Notes under the pieces: model-generated | The model's database searches: none | The model's input: only the letters and a program-made list of their open reading frames with translations | What the model was told of the DNA's origin: nothing | Shown here: one piece after another, positions 19,208 to 28,900 of the stretch | Layout of the letters: every line of letters begins with the position of its first letter | Position numbering within the stretch: the first letter of the stretch is position 1 | Position numbers and translations under genes: made by a program | NCBI GenBank assembly: GCA_023484515.1 | Contig: JAMDAY010000028.1 | Location: 2,544-66,543, forward strand | DNA length: 64,000 bases | Source of the DNA: Patescibacteria group bacterium | GTDB taxonomy: Bacteria; Patescibacteriota; Doudnabacteria; UBA920 | Reading direction: 5' to 3'

Positions 19208-20560
19208 ATGCTTATGCAATATTTAAAAAAAATCATTCCCGAAAAGATACTGAAATTTTTACGCCCCTTTTACCACGGAGCTTTGGCTTTGGCCGGGCAT
19301 TTTTATTTTGGCCGGCCGTCCCGCCGGTTAATTGTTATTGGCGTGACCGGCACAAACGGCAAGTCCACCACCGTAAATTTAATCGCGCAAATCTTGCAGG
19401 AAGCCGGTTATAAAACCGGCTATACGTCTACCGTCACCATGAATGTCAACGGGAAGGAATATCTCAATAAAATAAAAATGACCATGCCTTCGGGCTGGGT
19501 GCTGCAAAAGCATATGCGGCAAATGTTAAAGTCCGGCTGCCAATATGCGGTGCTGGAAGTGTCCAGCGAAGGCTTGGCGCAGAACCGGCATTTGGGAATA
19601 AATTTTGACGCGGCTGTCTTTACCAATTTGACTCCCGAGCACTTGGAATCCCACGGCGGGTTTGAAAATTATAAGCTGGCAAAAAGCAAGCTTTTTGCTT
19701 CGCTTATAATGAATAAGATGTCCGCAGAAAAACGCAGGATAAACCGCAAATTGGGGAAGGCAATAGTTTTTAACGCAGATGACCAATATGGGAAATATTA
19801 CGCCAGTTTTAAGTCAGACCTATGCCTGTCATACGGTGTAAAGAACCGGCAAGCGGATTTAATCGCATCTGATATCAAATATTCGCCTGATGGATTGGAA
19901 TTCATAATTCATAATTCCAAATTCATAATTCATTTAAAGGGCCAGTTTGACGTTTACAATTCCCTGGCAGCCATAGCGGCCGCACAATCACAAAACATCA
20001 GTCTGGAAATTTGCAGATCGGCCTTGGAAAAAATTCCGGTGGTGCCGGGCAGGATGGAAATAATTCAGGGCAGTCCGTTTACGGTGCTGGTGGACTACGC
20101 CTACGAGCCGGAAGAAATGCGGCAGCTTTACGAAACCGTTTCCCGCTGGCCGCATGGCCGCATTATCCAGGTCTTAGGGCCGACCGGCGGCGGGCGGGAC
20201 AAGGCAAGAATTTTTACTTTGGGGGAAATGGCGGGAAAATTCGCGTCCGAAGCAATTATTACCACGGACGACCCTTATGACGAAGACCCTAAGGCCCTAA
20301 GCCGGCCCATGGTTGAAGGCGCGGCCGCCGGGGGCAAAACGGAAGGCCAGAATTTATTTTGCGAATACGACCGCCGCCTGGCAATCCGTCTCGCGCTGCG
20401 GCGCGCGCAAGCCGGCGACCTGGTGTTAATTACCGGCAAGGGCGCGGACCAGAAAATGGCGCTGGCCGCGGGAACCTACGCGGACTGGGACGACAGGGGA
20501 GTGGCAAGGGAGGAACTTAAAGAGTTACAAGTTCATCAAGTTATCAAGTTTATCAAGTAA
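19208..20560 (+). CDS. murE: UDP-N-acetylmuramyl-tripeptide synthetase
   Basis: GVTGTNGKST, LEVSSEG, FTNLTPEHL, VPGRME, VDYAY, LITGKG. Start is uncertain (19178, 19208 or 19214). Confidence 0.93.
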   Translation: MLMQYLKKIIPEKILKFLRPFYHGALALAGHFYFGRPSRRLIVIGVTGTNGKSTTVNLIAQILQEAGYKTGYTSTVTMNVNGKEYLNKIKMTMPSGWVLQKHMRQMLKSGCQYAVLEVSSEGLAQNRHLGINFDAAVFTNLTPEHLESHGGFENYKLAKSKLFASLIMNKMSAEKRRINRKLGKAIVFNADDQYGKYYASFKSDLCLSYGVKNRQADLIASDIKYSPDGLEFIIHNSKFIIHLKGQFDVYNSLAAIAAAQSQNISLEICRSALEKIPVVPGRMEIIQGSPFTVLVDYAYEPEEMRQLYETVSRWPHGRIIQVLGPTGGGRDKARIFTLGEMAGKFASEAIITTDDPYDEDPKALSRPMVEGAAAGGKTEGQNLFCEYDRRLAIRLALRRAQAGDLVLITGKGADQKMALAAGTYADWDDRGVAREELKELQVHQVIKFIK

Positions 20561-20572
20561 AAACAATCAAGT
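20528..20572 (+). repeat. 8-9-bp tandem repeat (CAAGTTTAT), left flank of the four-helix-bundle gene
   Basis: CAAGTTCAT CAAGTTAT CAAGTTTAT CAAGT; overlaps the murE 3' end. Confidence 0.85.
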
Positions 20573-20574
20573 AT

Positions 20575-20919
20575 ATGAAAATAGAAAGATTCGAGGATAT
20601 TATTTCTTGGCAGAAAGGTATTGACCTTGCTATTATTGTTTATGGTGTTCTAAAAAGTAATAGGGATTTAAGTTTTAAAGATCAAATCCAAAGGGCAGTG
20701 GTAAGTATTTCAAACAACATTGCGGAAGGGTATGAAAGAAAAAGCAATAAGGAACTTGCACAATTTTTATATATTGCCAAGGGTTCTGCTGGAGAAGTCA
20801 GGTCCATGGTCCATATGGCTTTGAGGTTAAAATACATTACCCCATCTCAATTTGACGATATCTATCAAAGATGTTTGGAAATTTGTCGGCTACTTTCAGG
20901 TTTTATAAAAACTTTATAG
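20575..20919 (+). CDS. Four helix bundle protein (23S rRNA IVP-like family)
   Basis: FEDIISWQK, DQIQRAVVSISNNIAEG, FLYIAKGSAGEVRS. Confidence 0.93.
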   Translation: MKIERFEDIISWQKGIDLAIIVYGVLKSNRDLSFKDQIQRAVVSISNNIAEGYERKSNKELAQFLYIAKGSAGEVRSMVHMALRLKYITPSQFDDIYQRCLEICRLLSGFIKTL

Positions 20920-20924
20920 ATTAG

Positions 20925-20963
20925 AAACTTGATAAACTTGACGAACTTGAAACTTGATAACTT
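20925..20963 (-). repeat. Inverted copy of the same repeat, right flank
   Basis: AAACTTGAT AAACTTGAC GAACTTG AAACTTGAT. Confidence 0.85.
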
Positions 20964-20965
20964 TT

Positions 20966-21268
20966 ATGGTTTTATACATTGACACAACTGATTTTGGCAA
21001 GATAACGTTTGCCGCAACGGACGGGAAAAAATTGTGGAAAAAATCCTGCAAAATTGACCCGCATAAATCGCATGAGACTTTGGGATGTCTGGAAAAATTT
21101 TTCAAGGCAGGAAAGTTTAGCCGTAGTCAGGTCAAAAAAATTGTGGTCAACAAAGGGCCGGGCAGTTATACAGGAACCAGGATTGGGGTAACAATTGCCC
21201 AGGCTTTGGGTTTTGCCTGGGGCGTGCCGGTTAAGTTTTTGCCCAAGGACAAGATGCCTGCCTTGTAA
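20966..21268 (+). CDS. tsaB: Short TsaB (t6A biosynthesis, N-terminal domain only)
   Basis: LYIDTT, VVNKGPGSYTGTRIGVTIAQAL. Confidence 0.88.
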   Translation: MVLYIDTTDFGKITFAATDGKKLWKKSCKIDPHKSHETLGCLEKFFKAGKFSRSQVKKIVVNKGPGSYTGTRIGVTIAQALGFAWGVPVKFLPKDKMPAL

Positions 21269-21417
21269 GGGAAGACTGGTGGTAACGGCTGCTTTGGCAA
21301 AATGCCAAGGCAGCTTTTTATGACGCGGATATTAACGCTGATCTTCTACGCCGATCCATCGCGAATCTAATAACCATAAGGAATGGGAAAGACGAAAACG
21401 TACTTCCGGGATAGAGT

Positions 21418-21519
21418 CAGTGATGACGCACATCTGGGATAATCTTGTTTAAGTTTGGTTGATGATGATTATTATCAGGTAATCTAAAGACCGCTTATCC
21501 CAGATGTGCGTCATCACCC
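21418..21519. mobile_element. 102-bp hairpin element, copy 2 (inverted relative to copy 1)
   Basis: Perfect 23-bp inverted repeat GTGATGACGCACATCTGGGATAA; same length and same asymmetric ends as 17974-18075. Confidence 0.7.
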
Positions 21520-21537
21520 AAAACATCTGTCTCCTTT

Positions 21538-21565
21538 GAACACCACAACACGTGTTGTGGTGTTC
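21538..21565. repeat. Perfect 28-bp palindrome
   Basis: GAACACCACAACAC|GTGTTGTGGTGTTC. Confidence 0.9.
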
Positions 21566-21588
21566 CCGCCATATAGGCCAGGCGGGTC

Positions 21589-21644
21589 TGTAGTTGCCTG
21601 ATTCATCAGGCTCTTTGCAAAGCTGAGTGAACTAAGCGACTACA
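21589..21644. repeat. GTAGTTGCC-type REP doublet
   Basis: TGTAGTTGCCTGATTCATCAGGC...CGACTACA; homologs at 40533-40584 and 50439-50488. Confidence 0.8.
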
Positions 21645-21719
21645 GCTTAAGGGGGCAAGGCTTAAGGTTTATTGGAGGTTTTTTAAGGTTCTTTTCCCTA
21701 TGGCATTGCGTCCCCTTGG

Positions 21720-21889
21720 TGTCATTGCGAGGCACGTCGCTCGCGAACGACGTGCCGAGGAGCCAGGGCTTTAACTGGGCCGCGAAGCAATCTATCATAA
21801 GCACAAGAAAAAGATTGCTTCGCTCGGATGCACTCGCGATGACACGCGGGATAGATTGCTTCGCTCGGATGCACTCGCTCGCAATGACA
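21720..21889. repeat. TGTCATTGCGAG...CTCGCAATGACA palindromic element with duplicated right arm
   Basis: Terminal inverted repeat, internal GAAGCAATCT/AGATTGCTTC, and AGATTGCTTCGCTCGGATGCACTCGC twice; homolog at 40424-40662. Confidence 0.85.
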
Positions 21890-21989
21890 CCGCGCTTTAT
21901 GCCAGTAATGACACCGCATTTTGCATGCCCATTGCAAGCCAGGTACCAGGCGGCACTGTGGCAAGGGGAGTTAATTACAAATTATCCTT

Positions 21990-22046
21990 TGTAGGGGCTG
22001 CCCTTTGGGCGCCCGAACTTGCGGGCAGCTAAAGCTTGCCCCTACA
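21990..22046. repeat. GTAG-type REP doublet (uvrB-insert family)
   Basis: TGTAGGGGCTGCCCTTTGGGCGCCCG..CGGGCAGCTAAAGCTTGCCCCTACA. Confidence 0.9.
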
Positions 22047-22177
22047 TTCTTTATGGGTTTGTTGCCTGCTTTAGGGGGCAAGGTTTCCAAGTGTTCCGGT
22101 GTAACATTAAAATATGCGGAATAAGCAGCTTAATGAATTGGGCAACTGCAAGCTTAAGGAGGCTTTGCGCCTGTCCT

Positions 22178-22206
22178 TGTAGGGACAGGTCTAGACCTGT
22201 CCTTAC
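22178..22206. repeat. GTAG-type REP singlet (valS-insert family)
   Basis: TGTAGGGACAGGTCTAGACCTGTCCTTAC. Confidence 0.9.
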
Positions 22207-22415
22207 GTCCTTGACATCAATGACCAGCTTGGCAATGGCTTTATCCGGGACATTCTTGGGCCTGTTCCTACTGTCCGTGATATCTGTGATCAGTGATCTG
22301 CGCCTTGAACCGAAGACCTTCAGGCCAGCTGGAACAGAGGGTTTATCCGTAATCCGTGTTTATCTGTCTGCCTTGATCCGTGTTAATCTGTTTGCAGTCT
22401 AACACCGGTTTAGCC

Positions 22416-22444
22416 TTGACAAATGGCTGTTTTTTTGCTAATAT
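22416..22444 (+). promoter_or_regulatory. Sigma70 promoter of the HTH-adhesin operon
   Basis: TTGACA-17 bp-TAATAT with extended -10 TG. Confidence 0.75.
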
Positions 22445-22459
22445 ATATATAGAAAAAGT

Positions 22460-22535
22460 ATCGGATAGCCAATAGGCAATAGGCAAGCCAAAACTAGCTT
22501 GCTTAAACAAGCCTAAATAGGCTAGAGTGAAACAA
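22460..22535. repeat. Short 19-bp-period array (3-4 units) upstream of HTH gene 1
   Basis: ATCGGATAGCCAATAGGCA / ATAGGCAAGCCAAAACTAG / CTTGCTTAAACAAGCCTAA / ATAGGCTAGA...; starts with the same AAAAAGTATCGGATA as 31597. Confidence 0.6.
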
Positions 22536-22665
22536 AAAACTACAGAATATATGCGGATTAATACGCTGATTTAACGCTGAAAAATTACGGCGCGAATCAG
22601 TGTAAATTGGATATTTATATTCTATAGTAGTTAAAGAAACAAATATCAAATAACAATTTAATCCC

Positions 22666-22908
22666 TTGTCTTCCCAAGAACAGTTGTCAATGCTGACTTC
22701 GGGCAAGCTGATTTCCATCAGCCAGGCCGCGACTTTAACTCCGTATAGTGCGGAGTATTTGAGTTTATTGGCCCGCAAGGGGAGACTGAATGCGATAAAA
22801 ATTTCCCGCGACTGGCTGACTACGGAAGAGGCGGTTAAAAATTACGTGGCCAAGCAGGTCAAGAAGCACGAAAAAATGCTCAAGATGCTGGAAGGAGGAA
22901 AAATATGA
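22666..22908 (+). CDS. Small HTH DNA-binding protein (excisionase/MerR-like), copy 1
   Basis: ISISQAA..TPYSAEYLSLLARKGRL.A.KI.RDW; overlaps the next start (ATGA). TTG start is uncertain. Confidence 0.85.
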   Translation: MSSQEQLSMLTSGKLISISQAATLTPYSAEYLSLLARKGRLNAIKISRDWLTTEEAVKNYVAKQVKKHEKMLKMLEGGKI

Positions 22909-25900
22909 AATCCTTCCTGCAAAAAATTGGGAATGCCTTGGGGTTAAGGCAGCAGCCCGTGGTGATTAACGCGAAGTTTATTACTCCCCAAAGCCTGAAA
23001 GAAAATTCCAAACCGGCAGCTCCGGCCTTTGCGGCTGCGCCCCGCGTCCCGGAGTCCCGGATCCCGGACAAAAACAAAACTGCGCCGCTTGCCCGCCAAA
23101 CCGCCAAGAGCGCGCCTATGGCCAAATGGATCGGAAAAATTCCCAGGCCGAAATTCGTTTTGGCCGTGCCCAAGCCGCACCGCGCTTTGGCAGTTGTGCT
23201 GGCCAAAACGTCAGTCGTTCCGTTTAAGCTGCCGCAGTTGCCCGCGCCCCTAAAAAACAAAATGCTGGCTAAATTGCCTAACCGCGTTTTGGCGGGTTTG
23301 GCTGTGCTGCTGTTTGCCTTAAGCATGTCCTTGTGGGGCGCGGCCAAAGAGATACAGATAAAGCATGCGGTTCCCGCAGGGGTCAACTCCGGAATCCTGA
23401 AATCTTTGTCGTTCAGTATCCCTAATAATTTTTCAAACAACGGGCATTCAGGCAGCTCTGTTTCAGCGGCTGGCCAGCGCATTTATCAGCGCCCATTTGG
23501 CAAATACGAAAATTTGCCGGCCAAAGAAAAAGCAGTATTTTATCCAAGCAACGACAACCTTCATTTGCTGTCGTTGTTTACCGGCGGCATTGGCAACTGG
23601 TTCGGATATTTTGGAGGATTGCGGGCAGAGTATGCGCCGTATAAATACGCAGCGCAAAATAATTCAAAAGGCGAAGCGGTTAGCCGCCATGCGGATTTAG
23701 TAAAAGGCAGGGATTCTGAATTTGTTGGCCAGGCGGGCGGGGCCCCTAAGCTGCCAGTTGGGACAATAAATTTTTCAGCCAGGCTGCAAGCGGTTAAAAT
23801 TTCCGCCCGCACGCTGGCTTTGGTTTGGACGGATTTTCTGTTCCGCCATCCGGCCATAAATTTTGCAAGCCTGCAAAGCGCGGCCCAAAATTGGAAGACG
23901 GACATTAGCCGGTCGCTTAAGACAGGCGTTGCCGCTTTTGCCGGCGTGGGCAAATCGGACGCGCAAATTTGGGGGCAAGCTTTAACCTGGCAAATAAGCG
24001 TCCGGAAAAATTTGCCGGAAGCGGCAGACAGCCAACGCGTTGCCAGCCAGGATACAATTGCACGTTATTTTGTAACATTGCAAAACTTTAACTTAAAGGC
24101 GAAGCAGTCTTTTGCTGAAATAAAGACTGCCGCGGTTTCATATTTTAAAGTTAAAGATATTAATTTCCGCAATGACGCGGCAAGCGGCCGCGTCCAAAAG
24201 GGAGAAGTCTTGGGCGCGGTAGACTATCCCGCCGGCCAGGAATCAAAATTTATAAAAATTTTCACCAATGGAGTAGGGGAGTGGTTTAAAATTTTGCCCG
24301 ATGTAAAATATTCGGAGGCTAATCAACAGCAAAAAGCCGGCAAAGGCATGGTGCTGGGCTTGTCGTCCGCCAAGGAGAACAATTCTTCTACCGTGGGCAG
24401 TATTTCCTTAAATCGGCTGGCGCAAAAGAGCTTGCAAGGACTTAATAATGCGGCAGCCTGGGAAACAAGGCAGTTGGTAAAGTTGGCAAATTTTGGAAAA
24501 GTCGCAGCCAAAGGGGTGGGAAAAGTTTGGGGGCAGGTTGCCGGCGCGGGAAAAGGCGCCTGGAACCGCGCGGTGGCAACGGCAGGACATATTTTGCAGA
24601 CCGGCAGCGAAGAAAATGTTTTGCCTTTAATTACGCATGACAAGTTTGGGCAAATGGTGGGGAACAATGGGCCGGCAGGCAATGGCGAAGCCGCGAACTT
24701 AAATTCCCAAACGCCGCAAACCGGTCCAGAGGCCGGGCATTCGGCAGCCGCCATTTCCCAACCGGCAGGCGCGCCCAACGCGGGCAGCGGCAGGCCGGCG
24801 TCTGCAGCCGTTTTAACGGCCGTTGACCCCATGTTTGTTAACCGGCTAATTGACGCGCGGCTTAACCAGTATTTGGCCGAAGGCAAATTTAAAGGCGAAA
24901 AGGGCGAAAAAGGAGACAAGGGAGACAAGGGGGACACCGGCTTAATTACTAACCCCGCAACCAACCAGTCTTCCGCGGTTGTGGGCGGCTATCCCATTGT
25001 CACTTATGTTCCTCCGGTTCCCGCCCAGGGATTTGCCGGCACTTCTTTGGCGGGCTTTGGCAATTTGTCCGCTGCAATTTTGTCAGTCTCTGACCAGACA
25101 AGCTTAAACAATCTTACTGTTACCGGCAATGTCAGTTTGGCTACCACGACCGTTACCAGTTTGACTATTGCCAGGATAAATCCGCAATTCACCGCCGGCT
25201 CTGTTGTTTTTCAAGGATCTTCCGGCCTGGCCCAGGACAACAGCAACTTCTTTTACGATGAAACTAACCATAGATTGGGAATTGGCACCAGCACTCCGTT
25301 AACCGTGTTGGAAATTGACGCTACGGACGCTTTGCGCATTCCGGTGGGCAACACCGCGCAGAGGCCGGCCGTGGCTTTAACCGGCCAAATCCGCTATAAC
25401 CTGACCACGCACCAGTTTGAGGGTTACGGCAACAATAGCGTCTGGCAGGGTTTGGGCGGGGTTATTGATGCCGACCAGGACACTTACATTACGGCGGACA
25501 CGAGCAATGCCGACGAAGATACCTTGCGCCTGTTCACTTTGGGCAACGAGCGCTTGACCGTGACCAGCGCCGGCAATGTTGGCATTGGCACGACCACGCC
25601 GGGCTATGCCTTAACCGTGGTTGGCGACGGTTACTTTACGGGCAATGTTAACATTGGCCAAAACTTGACCGTAAATGACGGGGCGGTAATCATTGGCAGC
25701 GCTACCACGACCAGCCTGACCGTAAATGCGGCCATTGCTTCCAATTTAATTCCCGATGGCAACAATACCAGAAGCTTGGGGAGCGCTTCCTATTTCTGGA
25801 GCGATTTATACGTGGGCGAGTTGCATGCCAACTTGATTTCCGACGCCTCTTCCACTTTAAGCGGCACGCTTTCCGACAGCTTTACCATTAACAGCGACAA

Positions 25901-28900
25901 TGCCAGCGCCGATGCCGAAAACGCGGATTTAATCTTCTTCCGCGGCGCCTCCGGGGCAGACCCTAACGCCTTAATTTCCTGGAATTCTACAGCCAAGCGC
26001 TTTGACTTAAACCAGCCAACTTTTATCCAGAACGCCTCGCCTTCCACCACAACCATTCCAACTTTGCTGCTTCAAGGCTCTGTCAGCCAAACCGCGGATA
26101 TTTTCCTCGCAGCCTCTTCCTCCGGCACTTCCTTGTTTAATATCACTTCCTCCGGCAACGTCGGGATAGGGACGACGGCACCAAGCCAGTTGTTGACGGT
26201 TGGTAATAACAATCAGTTTACGGTTAGTAGTTCTGGTGCAGTTGTGGCCGCTGGGCAGATTCAAGCCAATTCACTTTATACTCTCGGAAATGTGTATGGG
26301 TACGGTTTCCAAAGTGTTAATGGACCCTCGCAATCTTACATTGACATGACAAGTTATAGTAAAGCTATAGCATTTTCAGCCAGTTCCACAGAGGTAATGA
26401 GGTTAACAGGAAACGGCAATATCGGCATCGGCACCACATCGCCAGCGAACAAGCTAACGGTGGTTGATGCGGATACAACCTCCCCGGCGGGGATAGGTTC
26501 GATTAAGCTTACCCAGAATATTTCAAATCCTTACGAATTATTTATGGGTGTCAACAGCACCTATGACAACAACGAAGGAAACGGAGCCGCGTATATACAG
26601 GCGCAGCATTCGGGGGTGAATGTTTCCGGTCTGCTGCTTAACCCGAACGGAGGCCGCGTGGGCATTGGGGTGCTTCATCCTCAATCCGCGTTGGATGTCA
26701 ATGGCGGAATGAGTATTGGTTCTTACGCCGGAACCAACACGGCTCCATCGAATGGATTAATAGTAAGCGGCAATGTGGGCATCGGGACAACAAGTCCGGC
26801 GGCGAAGTTGGATGTCGTTACTTCCAGTAATAATGAAATGAGGTTTTTGGACCAGATGACCTATGGTACTGCAAGCAGCAGCAATGCCACCGGATTGTTT
26901 CTGACCACTCCAACTTATAATAACGGCGGCGGACCGTCTATTGCTTTCGGCCGCGGCACAGGAATCAATGCTACGGAAATGTGGGAGACCGGCATAGACT
27001 ATCGCGGCGGCGGCAATTTGTGGAGCGGCGGCGGAGCGGGCGCATATATTTTAGCCTATCAATGGGAACCCAACGGCCAGTCGGCGGACCGCATCGCCGT
27101 CAAACCTTACGGCCAAACTTCTATTGGTCTGCCGGATGCCGGCTTGAGCCAGTTTACTGCCCAGTTAGAAATTAGAAATCAAATAGCTAGTTTGCCAGTG
27201 GAGATTCTTTACCCCAATTTGACCCAAAGCGGCGATGTCTGGCAGGTACGCACTACGAACAATGGTTCGTCGGCCATTTCTATACCTTCCGGCGCTGTGG
27301 ACGCTTCCAACGCTAACGCTATCGTTCCAATTTTAAGATTAATGCATCCCTCCGCTGCTAGCGGCGTCGGTAATGGCGCAGCCATTGATTTTGTCGCCTC
27401 TTCCGATGGCACGACCATTGGATCAGAAATCGCCGGGACGCGCGCGGCTTCAGGGGGCTGGGGTAACTTGCAGTTTTTGACTCGCAACGGTTCGGGTCTT
27501 TTGGAACGCATGAGGATAGATAATAACGGCAACGTCGGGATTGGGACAACAGGTCCCACATCGGCATTAGAGGTTACGTCTGGCTCTGGAAATGCTTCTG
27601 TAAAATTAAGTTCAAATGCTTATGGCGGAGTAATAAGTACTGCCTCGGGCAGCAATAGCGGATACTTGTATCTAACGCCAGTCGGACGGGTGGTTAGCTT
27701 GTACGATAATACCAACGCTTATAAATTGAATATTTATAACGGCAGTAATGCTGAGTTTTCGTTTGATTCAAACGGCAATAGCTGGTTAAACGCAACCACC
27801 GGCAACGTGGGCATCGGGACGACGAGTCCTGGGGCAAAGTTGCATGTATATGGGACAGATTATACCGGTGCCATTTTTCAAAACACCAATCCTGCCAATT
27901 TTGGGTATAACCAGTTTACTAACGCTGGTGCGGCCACTTCGTATCAATACTGGTTTGGTAATACGTATAGTTCTGCAACGAATAGGTATGTTCCATCATC
28001 ATTCTTGCTCGACGCAGCAGGGACAGGCGGTTTAGGTTTGGCCGCTTCAAATGCTTCTGGGGCTATTCGCTTTTATACTGGTGGGGATAATGAAAGGGTC
28101 AGGATAGATAATAACGGCAACGTCGGGATTGGGACGACGAGCCCAAGCACTAAGTTAGAAGTTTGGGATGGCAATGATGGTTCTGGCGGAGTTATTACTG
28201 CCAAGGACGGCGGAGCTATATTAATGGCCGCTGATAGTAGCTATCCGTTGCAAGTTGGAAATAACACCGGAGGCGCCAATAATATTAGATTCCGTATCGG
28301 ATCGGATGGCACTATTGATTGGAACAACAATAACAGTGCTATTCCCACGATAACTTTGCCGACAAACAAATATCTGGCAGTATCGGGTGGAAATGGAATG
28401 ACAATAGCTGGCAACGTCGGAATTGGGACGATAAATCCGGCGGAATTGCTTGATGTGGCAGGTAACATCCGGCTGACAAACTTTAGGACCCATAATGTTA
28501 CCAGGACTTTAAGTTCTGCTATTAACGGGGTGGTAGATATTGGCACCTTCAACTTCACGTTGGGCGCGGGGGAGTTGGACGTAACCATAGTCACGCAAGG
28601 CACAGGCTACTCTATTGCTAAAACTTACAGAATCCCGGTCAGATATGATGCTACAAGCAATGCTTGGAAAATTGTATTGCCTAATTACGATTCCGGAGTA
28701 TATTCTGGAAATAATTTCCAACTGGAGGTTAAAGTCGGCACTACGAATGCCTCTTTGCGTATTCGCTCGTTGACTGCCAATTCAGCGACCGCTTATATTA
28801 CCATCCAGCAAAATGGCTTGAATAGCGACAGTTTTACCGAATCCACAGCCACTTCCACCGAGGCGGCTATTACCCAGACTTATACTTACACCCCGGTTGC

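Noticed and set aside
17974-21519. Integron attC sites as an explanation for the 102-bp hairpins
   Set aside because: No RYYYAAC/GTTRRRY ends, no extrahelical bases in the stems, and no integron integrase.
21716-22402. ORFs 21716-21994, 21722-21964 and 22019-22402
   Set aside because: They are translations of palindromic repeat elements with no RBS or protein-like signal.
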